NCBI GenBank assembly: GCA_043808805.1 | Contig: JAZDEN010000032.1 | Coordinates: forward strand, 1 to 49,616 | DNA from: an archaeon | GTDB taxonomy: Archaea; Nanobdellota; Nanobdellia; SCGC-AAA011-G17; VGLX01 | Reading direction: 5' to 3' | Length of the DNA stretch: 49,616 nucleotides | Shown here: positions 8,932 to 18,284 of the stretch, piece after piece | Numbering within the stretch: the stretch's first letter is position 1 | How the letters are laid out: each line of letters begins with the position of its first letter | The notes under the pieces: model-generated | The model's input: the letters and a program-made list of their open reading frames with translations, nothing else | Told to the model about the DNA's origin: nothing | The model's database searches: none | Program-made: the position numbers and the translations under genes

Positions 8932-9072
8932 CTAAAAGTCCTCGTCCTCTACATCTTCATCAGCATCAGCATCGTCATCATCGTCATCGCCCTCATCATC
9001 ATCAGTGTCCTCGTCGTCCGCATCATCTTCCTCGACATCCTCATACTTCAATAATAAAAGTTCGTCAACCAT
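8932..9072 (-). CDS. small, extremely acidic protein (46 aa), unknown function
   Basis: Hand translation gives MVDELLLLKYEDVEEDDADDEDTDDDEGDDDDDDADADEDVEDEDF*. A GGAGGT lies 5 nt upstream of the ATG. A TATA-like 'AAAAGTATTATAAAT' lies further upstream, and an oligo-T tract follows the stop. It is below the ORF-track length cutoff. Confidence 0.55.
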   Translation of the reverse strand: MVDELLLLKYEDVEEDDADDEDTDDDEGDDDDDDADADEDVEDEDF

Positions 9073-9224
9073 TTTTCTACCTCCTGAAATTGGTTGCTAT
9101 GAGTTAATGCATTGGATTTATAATACTTTTGCTTTTCCAAAACATATGAAGCAGAACAATCCTCGAGAAAAATGAGGATTAGCCATAGCAAAATATATAA
9201 ATCAGTAATCCCAACCAACAAGTT

Positions 9225-11081
9225 ATGAAAAAGAGGCTACTAATTTTGATAGCGCTAATGCTAACATTAACACCACTAGTGACTGCAGAGATAATACTGA
9301 ACGGCGTCAACAACATAATGTACAATAGAGGTGACCAAATAACAATTTCTGGCTACGTCCTGAGGGGCGATAATGCTGACGGAACACTTGACTTCAGCAT
9401 GGCATGCGGCTCAGAGAAATTCCCACTAACAAAAAGAGTGGTGGGCAACACAAAAACACCACAAGACTTCACACTGCCAGTCATAACCATACCCGCAACA
9501 GCAGAAGGGTCATGCAAGATCAAGACAGACATGATAGGAAGCGGGGGAATAATACTCGAATCACAGGAAACAAACACCTTTGTTGTCACAAAAGCAATGG
9601 AGGCAAAATTCCAATTCAGCCCAACACAGCTCCAGCTCGGAAAAAGCCTTGCAATAACAGGAGACATACAAGGGGCGGGCAACGACAAGAAAATAACAGG
9701 AGTTGCCGAGATATACATGATTTCTGAATCAGGCGAGAGATTCTACGCAGGAACAACAAGCATAGCAGACGGAAAGCTAGACTACACATACGTAACATCA
9801 CCGATACCTGCGGGAAAATACACCATACAGATAAAAGCAAAGGACATGTACGGCAATGAGCATTTATTTGAAAACGTAGGATCATTCAACCTCGTAAACG
9901 AGGTCTACATCTTCGCAAAACCAACAAAGACAGAAGTCGAACCAAATGAAAAAGTGAAGATAATAGGAGAGGTAAAGACAGTCCTGCAAGAAGCAGTGCC
10001 AGAAGCAAGCGTAAAGATAACCATGGAAGAGAACGAATACATAGCTGACATAAAAGACAGCAAATTCGAATACGAGATGCAAATACCCGCAACCATGAAA
10101 AGCGGAAGGCACAAACTCAAATTCTTCGTAGAAGACAATTATGGTAATACAGGAACAACAGACGCCAACATATACGTCAAACCTGTGCAGACAACACTCA
10201 AACTGCAAACCAACAGGAACACATTCCTACCAGGAGACACAGTAGAGATAAGCTCAACAGTGTACGACCAGGCAGGAGACGTAATGACAAAGATGATCAA
10301 CGTCGACATGACAGCACCTAATGGAGACATAGCACCACTGGAAAGCATAGGAAGCGGACAAAAGGTAAGCTTCAAGATACTGCAATTCGCAACACCAGGG
10401 ACATGGAAAGTAGGTGCAAAGACAGAAGTCCTAGACGCAACACAGGAAATAGACATAAGCGAAGTCAGGAGCATAGACGTAAGCCTAGACAACCAGACAA
10501 TAGTCATATGGAACAACGGTAATGTCGAATACAGCGACCCAGTAGTCATAGACCTGAACAACGGAGAATACAAGATAACAAAGAAAGCCGTGATAAAGCC
10601 AGACGAAAAGATACTAATAGATTTGACAAAGGAAGCGCCAACAGGACAGTATGACATATCCATAACAGGAGGAGCGATAGCGACACCAAAGAAATTCCAG
10701 GATGTAATCATACTAGGGAAGAAAACAAAATCAGCAAACACAATTTACTACTTCCTCATAGCCGTGATGGTCGGGGCACTAGCATACCTGCTGCTCTTCA
10801 AGAAGAGAGACATAGTAAAGAAACAGATAAGGGAAGACAGGGAAAAGGTAAGGGCACAGAAGACGCTTGAAAGGATAAAAGAGATGAAGTCCAAGGAAAA
10901 GCCCAAATTCTACCCCAACAGAGAAGCAAACATACAAGACTACAGACAACAAGTGCTGAAAGAGATAAAAGAGACTGAGAAGAAAGACCAGGACAGGAAG
11001 AGGTTCAGCTACAGGGACAACGGAATGGGTGAGAGCAACCAACCACCAAAGAAAGGCGGCCTATTCAACATGTTTGAATAA
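9225..11081 (+). CDS. secreted, membrane-anchored surface protein with repeated beta-rich (Ig/CARDB-like) modules
   Basis: N-terminal signal peptide 'MKKRLLILIALMLTLTPLVTA'. About 480 aa of beta-rich repeats follow, then a C-terminal TM ('IYYFLIAVMVGALAYLLLF') and a Lys/Glu-rich cytoplasmic tail. Confidence 0.65.
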   Translation: MKKRLLILIALMLTLTPLVTAEIILNGVNNIMYNRGDQITISGYVLRGDNADGTLDFSMACGSEKFPLTKRVVGNTKTPQDFTLPVITIPATAEGSCKIKTDMIGSGGIILESQETNTFVVTKAMEAKFQFSPTQLQLGKSLAITGDIQGAGNDKKITGVAEIYMISESGERFYAGTTSIADGKLDYTYVTSPIPAGKYTIQIKAKDMYGNEHLFENVGSFNLVNEVYIFAKPTKTEVEPNEKVKIIGEVKTVLQEAVPEASVKITMEENEYIADIKDSKFEYEMQIPATMKSGRHKLKFFVEDNYGNTGTTDANIYVKPVQTTLKLQTNRNTFLPGDTVEISSTVYDQAGDVMTKMINVDMTAPNGDIAPLESIGSGQKVSFKILQFATPGTWKVGAKTEVLDATQEIDISEVRSIDVSLDNQTIVIWNNGNVEYSDPVVIDLNNGEYKITKKAVIKPDEKILIDLTKEAPTGQYDISITGGAIATPKKFQDVIILGKKTKSANTIYYFLIAVMVGALAYLLLFKKRDIVKKQIREDREKVRAQKTLERIKEMKSKEKPKFYPNREANIQDYRQQVLKEIKETEKKDQDRKRFSYRDNGMGESNQPPKKGGLFNMFE

Positions 11082-11528
11082 GACCACATCTTTTTCAATT
11101 TCTTCTTCTTTTAATTTTAATTTCCTAAGCTGAGAAACAAGAGCATCAAAACCCTTAGCGCGCTTAAGGATAGAGAAAGCAAAAGAAGCATCCTGCTTTG
11201 AAACACGCAACACCTCAGGAACAACCCTCCCAATGTTAGTGTGATGCAGAGAAGTAATCGAAATGACAGAATCAAAAACATGATCCTTGAAGGGAAGGCA
11301 TTCTGCCATGCCGCAAACACGCATACCAGAAGACTTCTTCAGCAGACCAAGAGAAGGATCAAGCTGAACCAAATCCTTAAAGAACCCACGTGAAAGGCCA
11401 CTGCCAGAGCCTATGTCAAGAACAAGACCTTTGTCCTTAATTTTTTCCTTGACCACTTTGAGCTTGGCAAGCTGCTCCTCAGCATAAAGCTCATCATAGC
11501 TATCAGCGATTTGGGAATAATAATCCAT
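11061..11528 (-). CDS. class I SAM-dependent methyltransferase
   Basis: Motif I is 'VLDIGSGSGLS'. The start is taken at ATG 11528 (MDYYSQIADSYDELY). 'MAECLPFKDHVFDSV' is the post-I/II region. Confidence 0.75.
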   Translation of the reverse strand: MDYYSQIADSYDELYAEEQLAKLKVVKEKIKDKGLVLDIGSGSGLSRGFFKDLVQLDPSLGLLKKSSGMRVCGMAECLPFKDHVFDSVISITSLHHTNIGRVVPEVLRVSKQDASFAFSILKRAKGFDALVSQLRKLKLKEEEIEKDVVLFKHVE

Positions 11529-11565
11529 AAAAAAAGGAGGTTGTAAGAGCTTTAAAACAATTTCC

Positions 11566-11581
11566 AAAAGGTTTATATATA
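11566..11581 (+). promoter_or_regulatory. BRE/TATA promoter (AAAAGGTTTATATATA) for the receiver gene
   Basis: It lies ~40 nt upstream of ATG 11621. Palindromic GTAATTAC and GTAGTTAC lie just downstream. Confidence 0.5.
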
Positions 11582-11620
11582 AGTAATTACTTTGAAGTAG
11601 TTACATATTAGGCGGTGCTT

Positions 11621-11959
11621 ATGGAAAAAATACTCTTAGTCGAAGACGAAGAAAGCATGAGACTTCTGATTACCATGGACCTCGAAGACAAAGGATTCCA
11701 AATAGAGTCGGCAAAACACGGCATTGAAGCCCTGGAAAAGCTGAAGATGAACAGCATCGAAGGGATAGTAACAGACCTTACGATGCCTGAAATGGACGGA
11801 TGGCAGCTTTGCAAAACACTGAGAGAACAGGGATGCACACTACCTATAATTGTATACACTAACAGACAAGACCACAACGATGTTACAAAATATGCAAATA
11901 AGGTAATAATAAAAAGCCCAGACAACAGCGAATTGATAAACTACCTGAAAACCCTTTAA
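11621..11959 (+). CDS. stand-alone response-regulator receiver (CheY-like)
   Basis: 'ILLVEDEE' forms the acidic pocket, 'IVTDLTMPEMDG' carries the phospho-acceptor Asp, and 'VIIKSP' carries the conserved Lys. There is no output domain. Confidence 0.8.
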   Translation: MEKILLVEDEESMRLLITMDLEDKGFQIESAKHGIEALEKLKMNSIEGIVTDLTMPEMDGWQLCKTLREQGCTLPIIVYTNRQDHNDVTKYANKVIIKSPDNSELINYLKTL

Positions 11960-11961
11960 CC

Positions 11962-12822
11962 TCACTTCTTTTTATAATCCTTAAACAGGCCGTGACGCCT
12001 GTGCTCCTTAGAGGGATAAAACCAAATAGCCCTGCTATCAGCACCAGGCCTCGAATAACAACCAAGCCTGCACACCACATTGCAATTAAGATGGCTGTTA
12101 TAAAAACAAAGCTGGGAACCAATACCAAACATAGAATCATCCAACTTAACAGCAGAAATCCTCTTCTCAGATGTTATCTCTTGGTATAATTGTGACAATG
12201 GTTTTGCAATCCTATCAGACCTTATGACATCAACACCATCAGGCAGCTCAACAACACCAGTGCCAATGCTAATCCTAACGACATGCCTGTCAACCTTTAT
12301 GGGAATCTCATACTCAGGGAAATCCCAGATACCAAACCTCACAAAATTCTTCATTATAAGAGCAGCCTTACCACGGCCAACACCATGAAACTTCTGGAGA
12401 TTCCTAAGAGTGCCATCAATAGTTCCGTCATTCAAACTCCTGGGATCGTTGCCATACTCCTGATACAACCTCATTGCATTATAACTGAGAATCTTAACCG
12501 GCTCGTTGATGCCGCCGGGCTTCTCAAGATGCTTGCTGATAATACCCTCAAGATAATCCTGCGAATAAGCATAAATCATGTCAAGCCTGACATCCTTAAC
12601 CATACCCCTCATAGCAGCATAAACCTTCTGGGCAGACCTCATGGCATCAATCGAACAGGAAAAAAACAGGAAACGAGAATGACCCAGGCTACCCTCCTCA
12701 ACACCATCAGGCAGAACCACATCAGGAAGAACAAAATTAAAAACCTTCTCCTCAAGCATAGAAACGGCCTTAAGAGAAACATCCACCCCCCTCTGCTTAT
12801 TAAGAGCAAACTCAACCATCAA
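11962..12822 (-). CDS. HhH-GPD-superfamily (endonuclease III-like) protein with C-terminal Cys cluster
   Basis: 'LQKFHGVGRGKAALIMKNF' is a helix-hairpin-helix. 'IKVDRHVVRI' follows, and the C-terminus has 'C..x7..C.x3.C.x3.C'. Confidence 0.5.
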   Translation of the reverse strand: MMVEFALNKQRGVDVSLKAVSMLEEKVFNFVLPDVVLPDGVEEGSLGHSRFLFFSCSIDAMRSAQKVYAAMRGMVKDVRLDMIYAYSQDYLEGIISKHLEKPGGINEPVKILSYNAMRLYQEYGNDPRSLNDGTIDGTLRNLQKFHGVGRGKAALIMKNFVRFGIWDFPEYEIPIKVDRHVVRISIGTGVVELPDGVDVIRSDRIAKPLSQLYQEITSEKRISAVKLDDSMFGIGSQLCFYNSHLNCNVVCRLGCYSRPGADSRAIWFYPSKEHRRHGLFKDYKKK

Positions 12823-12932
12823 ACCCCCTAAAAAACTGGTGTTAATTAACCTTTCCTTGAACTAGCGTTAGTTTTAAATATATCAGAAAATATAAATCAG
12901 AGCATGAAAAAGAGGGAGGAAATTCTAGGTAG

Positions 12933-14402
12933 ATGAAACTCAAAGTAAAATACGTCAACCTGTCAACTGGAGGGCCGATAGTATCGGTGATAAACGAAGA
13001 GGACGCAAAAAAACTAGACCTATACGCACTAGACAGGGTTAAGATAAAAAGATTGAAGACAGAAAAGGAAATAGTAGCAGTGGTTGATATCTCCACAAGG
13101 GGTGTAAGGCCCGGGGAAATAGGACTATTTGATGAAACAATAAAAAAACTAGACATTCCCGAAGGGACACATGTGGAAGTTGAAGAAACAGAAAGACCAA
13201 AATCACTCGACCTGATAAGAAAGAAACTTGACGGAGCCCCGCTGACAAAGGAAGAGATGGACACAATAGTGGAAGACGTCTTGGAAAACAACCTAAGCGA
13301 ACCAGAAATAACATACTTCATAAGCGGGGCATACACAAGAGGGATGAACCTCCAAGAGGCAACGTACCTGACACAGGCAATAGTTGACAGGAGCTACAGG
13401 ATAAAACTAGACAGAAAAATAGTGCTGGACAAACACTGCGCAGGAGGAGTCCCAGGCAACAGGACAACAATGGTAATAGTACCGATAATAGCAGCATTAG
13501 GATACACAATGCCAAAAACAAGCTCAAGATCGATAACATCAGCATCAGGGACCGCGGACACGATGGAAGTTCTGGCCCCAGTATGCCTGAGCCATGAAAA
13601 AATAATAAAAACAATAAAAGAGACAAACGCATGCATGATATGGGAAGCAGCGCTAAACCCCATGGGGGTTGACGAGCTGTTCATAAAGATAAGACACCCA
13701 CTAAGCCTAGACCCGGAAGGATTATTACTATCAAGCGTCATGGCAAAGAAAAAATCAGTGGGAGCAACACATGTTCTTATAGATTTACCATTTGGAGAAG
13801 GAGCAAAGTTCACATACAAATCAGCAAAAATACTGAGAATGAAATTCATAAAGATAGGAAAACAGCTGGGAATAAAAGTAAAAGTGATACTCACTGACGG
13901 ATCACAGCCAATAGGGAACGGAGTAGGACCAGTGTGGGAGGCAAGAGACGTCCTAACAGTGCTGCAAGGAGCAGGACCAAACGATTTAAGAGATAAGTCA
14001 ATAATGATGGCAACAATACTGCTGAAGATGGCAGGACTGAAAAACGCAGAGGGAAAAGTCATAGAAGCGATAGACTCAGGAGCAGCATACCAGAAAATGT
14101 TAGAGATAATACAAGCACAGGGAGGAAGCAAGAACATCAAACTGCCAAAACCAAAATACTTCCACCAGATAATGTCAAAAAAAGCAGGGACAGTAATAAA
14201 AATAGACAACAAGCTAATAGCAAAGATAGCGAGGATAGCAGGAGCGCCAAAAGACAAAGCAGCAGGACTATACCTCAGAGTACACAAAGGAATAAGAGTA
14301 AGGAAGGGAAAAGAACTGTTCACGATATACGCTGAAAACAAAAAGAAACTTGAATATGCTAAGAAAATAGCAGAACACCACGAGGCGATACACGTATCAT
14401 GA
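12933..14402 (+). CDS. deoA: AMP phosphorylase (archaeal thymidine-phosphorylase-family enzyme with N-terminal extension)
   Basis: 489 aa. An N-terminal ~80-aa extra domain precedes a glycosyl-transferase family 3/PYNP core ('DKHCAGGVPGNRTT', 'SSRSITSASGTADTME'). Confidence 0.8.
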   Translation: MKLKVKYVNLSTGGPIVSVINEEDAKKLDLYALDRVKIKRLKTEKEIVAVVDISTRGVRPGEIGLFDETIKKLDIPEGTHVEVEETERPKSLDLIRKKLDGAPLTKEEMDTIVEDVLENNLSEPEITYFISGAYTRGMNLQEATYLTQAIVDRSYRIKLDRKIVLDKHCAGGVPGNRTTMVIVPIIAALGYTMPKTSSRSITSASGTADTMEVLAPVCLSHEKIIKTIKETNACMIWEAALNPMGVDELFIKIRHPLSLDPEGLLLSSVMAKKKSVGATHVLIDLPFGEGAKFTYKSAKILRMKFIKIGKQLGIKVKVILTDGSQPIGNGVGPVWEARDVLTVLQGAGPNDLRDKSIMMATILLKMAGLKNAEGKVIEAIDSGAAYQKMLEIIQAQGGSKNIKLPKPKYFHQIMSKKAGTVIKIDNKLIAKIARIAGAPKDKAAGLYLRVHKGIRVRKGKELFTIYAENKKKLEYAKKIAEHHEAIHVS

Positions 14403-14908
14403 TACTAACAAGAAACGAGATAATAAAAGAAATCAACAAAGGAAGAATAAAGATACTGCCATTCAACAAAACACAGATAGGACCAGCATCAATAGACCTA
14501 AGCTTAGGGGATGAGTACAGAACATTCAAGAGAAGAATATTCCCCTACAAAGTCAATGAAAAATCAAACTTCGAAGACGTGACTGTCGGGAAGAGAGCAA
14601 AAAAATACATAATACTTCAACCAAACGAATTCATACTCGGAATAACAAAAGAAAAAATAACACTGCCAGACAACATATGCGGAAGACTGACAGGAAGATC
14701 AAAATTCGCAAGACTCGGGATTGCGGTCCACATAACAGCAGACTTCGTAAACCCGGGAATAAGCAACAGACAAGTGCTGGAAATAAAAAACGTAAGCCAC
14801 CTCCCACTGAAACTAGAGGTTGGGACAAAAATAGCACAACTAGTCCTTGAAAGAACAGAAGGAAAGGCAAGGTACACGGGAAGGTATTCTAAACAAGAAC
14901 ATATATAA
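14399..14908 (+). CDS. dcd: dCTP deaminase family protein (possibly a bifunctional dCTP deaminase/dUTPase)
   Basis: 'GPASIDLSLG', 'GRSKFARLGI' and 'NRQVLEIKN' are present. The ATGA start overlaps the stop of the upstream gene. Confidence 0.8.
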   Translation: MILTRNEIIKEINKGRIKILPFNKTQIGPASIDLSLGDEYRTFKRRIFPYKVNEKSNFEDVTVGKRAKKYIILQPNEFILGITKEKITLPDNICGRLTGRSKFARLGIAVHITADFVNPGISNRQVLEIKNVSHLPLKLEVGTKIAQLVLERTEGKARYTGRYSKQEHI

Positions 14909-14954
14909 TAAACAGGAATAATAGTTATAAATAACCAAAAACGAATTCTGGGTC

Positions 14955-16322
14955 ATGAAAAATGTTGGTGTAATAGGAACTGGCTACGTCGGATTAACAC
15001 ACGGAGCCATACTGGCTGAAAAAGGGAACAACGTGATATGCTACGACATAGACCGTGAGAAAATAGAGAGGCTGCACAAGGGCCAAATACCCATATACGA
15101 ACCGGGTCTCGAGCAACTCGTAAGGAAGAATTTAGGTGAACAAAGACTAGAATTCACCACAAACAAAGACTTCTGCATAAAAGAATCCGACATACTGTTC
15201 ATCTGTGTGAACACACCACCAAAACAATCAACAGGAGGGCTGAGAAAAGCAGACCTTTCATATGTAGAACATGCTGCAAGAGACATAGCAGAAAAAATGA
15301 ACGGCTACAAGATAGTGGTTGACAAAAGCACAGTGCCAATAAGAACCGGAGAAAAAATATATGAAACACTAAAAAAATTCCATCCTCCACACAACTTTGA
15401 TGTCGTATCAAACCCCGAATTCCTAAGAGAGGGAAGGGCTGTTGAAGATTCGATGAACCCAGACAGGATAGTAATAGGAGTGATGAGAGACGGAGAGGGA
15501 AACCTACTTGAGACACCACTCGAAAACATGAGGGAACTATACCAAAACTTCAACACAAAAATAGTCGAGACCGACATATGGAGCGCAGAACTGATAAAAC
15601 TAGCAGCAAACGCATACCTAGCAAACCAGGTATCATTCATAAACAAGATAGCAGAACTATGCGCAGCAACAGGAGCAGACGTCAGCGAGGTTGCCAAGGG
15701 AATGAGACTCGACAGAAGAATAGGACAATACGCATTCCTCAACGCAGGGATAGGATTTGGAGGATCATGCTTCCCTAAAGACATAGAAAGCCTGCACAAC
15801 ATAATGATGGAAGAGCAGATCAACCCAGAATTACTCAAACAGGTTTTGGAAGTAAACAACGCACAAAAATATTATTTCCTGAAAATGATCGAGGAAGGTC
15901 TGTGGACCATAAGGGACAAACAGATAGCAGCACTTGGATTGGCATTCAAGCCTGACACAGACGACATGAGAGAAGCGCCCTCAATAGAAATAGTTAACAA
16001 ACTTAATGATGAGGGAGCAAAGGTAAGGGTCTATGACCCGAAAGCCATGGAACAAGCAAGATCACACTTCGGAGATAATGTAACATACGCAAAAAACCTA
16101 GAGGAAGCAGTCATAGGGACAGATGCAATAGTCCTAATAACAGAATGGGACGAATTCAAAAACATGGACTTAGAAAGCACCAAGAAAATGATGAACACAC
16201 CTGCCAACTTCTTTGACGGAAGAAACGTTTTTAACCCAAAGAAGATGAGCGAGATAGGATTCTACTACTACAGTATAGGAAGACCACACATAGAGCCAAG
16301 GAAAGAGAACAAAAAACAATGA
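14955..16322 (+). CDS. ugd: UDP-glucose 6-dehydrogenase
   Basis: Rossmann motif '[10 protein letters not shown]' and catalytic Cys motif '[10 protein letters not shown]'. 455 aa. Confidence 0.9.
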   Translation: MKNVGVIGTGYVGLTHGAILAEKGNNVICYDIDREKIERLHKGQIPIYEPGLEQLVRKNLGEQRLEFTTNKDFCIKESDILFICVNTPPKQSTGGLRKADLSYVEHAARDIAEKMNGYKIVVDKSTVPIRTGEKIYETLKKFHPPHNFDVVSNPEFLREGRAVEDSMNPDRIVIGVMRDGEGNLLETPLENMRELYQNFNTKIVETDIWSAELIKLAANAYLANQVSFINKIAELCAATGADVSEVAKGMRLDRRIGQYAFLNAGIGFGGSCFPKDIESLHNIMMEEQINPELLKQVLEVNNAQKYYFLKMIEEGLWTIRDKQIAALGLAFKPDTDDMREAPSIEIVNKLNDEGAKVRVYDPKAMEQARSHFGDNVTYAKNLEEAVIGTDAIVLITEWDEFKNMDLESTKKMMNTPANFFDGRNVFNPKKMSEIGFYYYSIGRPHIEPRKENKKQ

Positions 16323-17266
16323 GGGTGCTAGTGACAGGAGGAGCTGGCTTCATAGGAAGCCATCTATGCGAGTACCTATTAGAGAAAGGATACAGGGTAA
16401 TATCCCTTGACAACTTCTACACAGGGCATGAGACAAACATAGACCACCTGAAAGACGACCCAAAATTCACATTCATAAGACACGATTTAACAGACCCAAT
16501 AAAACTTGAGATAGACCAAATCTACAACCTTGCATGCCCAGCATCGCCAATACAATACCAAAAAAGACCCATCAACACAAGAAAGATGGGATCATTTGCA
16601 GTAATCCACATGCTGGGACTGGCAAAAAGGACAGGAGCAAGAATACTTCAGGCATCAACATCAGAGATATACGGAAACCCGACAATACACCCACAGCCAG
16701 AAACATACTGGGGAAACGTAAACCCCCTTGGACCAAGAAGCTGCTACGACGAGGGAAAAAGATTCGCAGAAGGACTGTTCATGGACTACCACAGAGAACA
16801 CAAACTTGACACGAGAATAGTGAGGATATTCAACACATACGGACCGAGGATGTCCGCAACCGACGGAAGAGTCGTATCAAACTTCATAATGCAGGCACTC
16901 AAGGGAGAGCCGATAACTATATACGGAACAGGAAAACAGACGAGAAGTTTTTGCTACGTAAACGACCTCATAGAAGGAATGTACAGAGCTATGCAACTTG
17001 AAGACTACCACGAGCCAATAAACCTGGGGAATCCTGATGAGAGAACAATACTTGAGATAGCAGAGATGATAACAGAGATGACAGGATCAAAATCAGAGAT
17101 AATATTTCACCCGCTGCCGGAAGACGACCCAGAAAGGAGATGCCCAGACATAACAAGGGCAATAAAACTGATAGACTGGGAACCCAGAGTAAGCCTAAGA
17201 GAAGGCCTGAGAAAAACAATAGGATGGTTCGACTACAACTTCAGCACTTCTTCCTCTTCCAGGTAG
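16319..17266 (+). CDS. UDP-glucuronate decarboxylase (UDP-xylose synthase-like SDR)
   Basis: '[11 protein letters not shown]', '[13 protein letters not shown]', 'YDEGKR' (YxxxK) and '[10 protein letters not shown]' are present. The ATGA start overlaps the ugd stop. Confidence 0.85.
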   Translation: MRVLVTGGAGFIGSHLCEYLLEKGYRVISLDNFYTGHETNIDHLKDDPKFTFIRHDLTDPIKLEIDQIYNLACPASPIQYQKRPINTRKMGSFAVIHMLGLAKRTGARILQASTSEIYGNPTIHPQPETYWGNVNPLGPRSCYDEGKRFAEGLFMDYHREHKLDTRIVRIFNTYGPRMSATDGRVVSNFIMQALKGEPITIYGTGKQTRSFCYVNDLIEGMYRAMQLEDYHEPINLGNPDERTILEIAEMITEMTGSKSEIIFHPLPEDDPERRCPDITRAIKLIDWEPRVSLREGLRKTIGWFDYNFSTSSSSR

Positions 17267-17279
17267 GTTTGGAAAAAAA

Positions 17280-17762
17280 TTATTTAAAATTTTTTGTCCT
17301 GAAATAACTGTCAAATGTCTTTTTCCTAACTGAGCCAGGATTTTTTATCACAAAATCATAATCCCCCCTCAGAGACCCTGTATGGGAGGGATTGTAAACA
17401 CCGATGTTAAGATCAAGCTCCCTGTCAAGTATACCATCAGCAAGGAAGTTAGGATCTTCCTCAGAAAAAAGGTCGGCCTGCCTGTCCCAACCGCAATGGA
17501 AAAGGTATATAGCATTAAGGGCTTCCGGCTCATCTGCAAAGATATCTCTCAGGTCCAAAAAAAGATCAGCATGAGGCGCACCACCCATCTTAGCCACACT
17601 CTTACCCCTGCTCTTAAAATAATCACCCAACTTGTCAATAAGGTAGGTTTTGCCTGCATCGCCAGTACCATAAATGGCTACAAGAACAGGTCTACTGGTG
17701 GCTCTTTCAATTACAAAAATAGCCTTGTTGATTCCTTCCTCAAGACTCAATTCAATTGCCAT
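17280..17762 (-). CDS. P-loop NTPase, unknown function
   Basis: Walker A 'GTGDAGKT'. 160 aa. Overlaps the upstream gene by 11 nt. Confidence 0.55.
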   Translation of the reverse strand: MAIELSLEEGINKAIFVIERATSRPVLVAIYGTGDAGKTYLIDKLGDYFKSRGKSVAKMGGAPHADLFLDLRDIFADEPEALNAIYLFHCGWDRQADLFSEEDPNFLADGILDRELDLNIGVYNPSHTGSLRGDYDFVIKNPGSVRKKTFDSYFRTKNFK

Positions 17763-18123
17763 TTTTTACCAGAATCTCATCGACCTTTTTATAAACATCT
17801 TTAATGCTTCCAAAAGGAACGTGAAGCACGTGAGGGGTGTACTCAGCAACCTTATCAACAAGGTCCGGGCCCCCACCGGTCAAAACAAGGAAAGGTATAT
17901 CCGTTGAACTCTTGTAATGATCCAAAAAATCAAGATAACCTCTAGCATTACAGATAATAGACAATTCAGGATTTGAACTTATCATCTCCTTTATTTTACC
18001 TACATCAGCACCGTTGTGAGGACTTTCATTCCTGTAGCACACTTGGTGTTTTCCAACCTCCAAAATCCTACAGATTACAGGAACAATATCCTTTTCCAAT
18101 CCCTCAACAGCAATCCTTGCCAT
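17752..18123 (-). CDS. hypothetical flavodoxin/receiver-like protein lacking an obvious phospho-acceptor Asp
   Basis: 123 aa with an alternating beta/alpha pattern. The ATG is preceded by GGAGGT and by a consensus BRE/TATA at 18161-18175. Confidence 0.45.
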   Translation of the reverse strand: MARIAVEGLEKDIVPVICRILEVGKHQVCYRNESPHNGADVGKIKEMISSNPELSIICNARGYLDFLDHYKSSTDIPFLVLTGGGPDLVDKVAEYTPHVLHVPFGSIKDVYKKVDEILVKNGN

Positions 18124-18160
18124 ACAACCTCCATTTGACAGACAATTTTGTGCAAAGCTG

Positions 18161-18175
18161 ATATATAAACCTTTC
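18161..18175 (-). promoter_or_regulatory. BRE/TATA promoter (GAAAGGTTTATATAT on the minus strand) for the 18123->17280 operon
   Basis: It lies ~40 nt upstream of ATG 18123, and GGAGGT precedes the ATG. Confidence 0.5.
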
Positions 18176-18284
18176 TATATATAACTACTCATGAGTAGGT
18201 ATAAAATGGGTGTATATTGCCCTCTGAGCCGGAAATGGACCTACCGAAAACTATATAAAACGAGTTTTTTGAGAGTTATGTACA

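Noticed and set aside
8904-9107. 67-aa His/Arg/Pro-rich plus-strand ORF
   Set aside because: It has no RBS or promoter. It is the complement of a GAT/GAC/GAG repeat that encodes an acidic peptide with good expression signals on the other strand.
9158-9180. Inverted repeat AATCCTC-N9-GAGGATT and an 18-codon uORF (ATG 9172) ending in the ATGA of the surface-protein gene
   Set aside because: The putative uORF would span the TATA-like box of the downstream gene, so it probably lies upstream of the transcript start. The 7-bp hairpin alone is too weak to interpret.
13394-14341. 315-aa minus-strand ORF antisense to the AMP phosphorylase gene. Similar cases are 24156..25118, 22979..23776, 20572..21213, 18251..18919, 44431..45252, 26048..26659 and 10139..10741.
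   Set aside because: The translations are low-complexity and Ser/Phe/Leu/Ile-rich, and they lie exactly opposite well-supported genes. The strong A/C bias at silent sites depletes stop codons on the opposite strand, so these are shadow ORFs.
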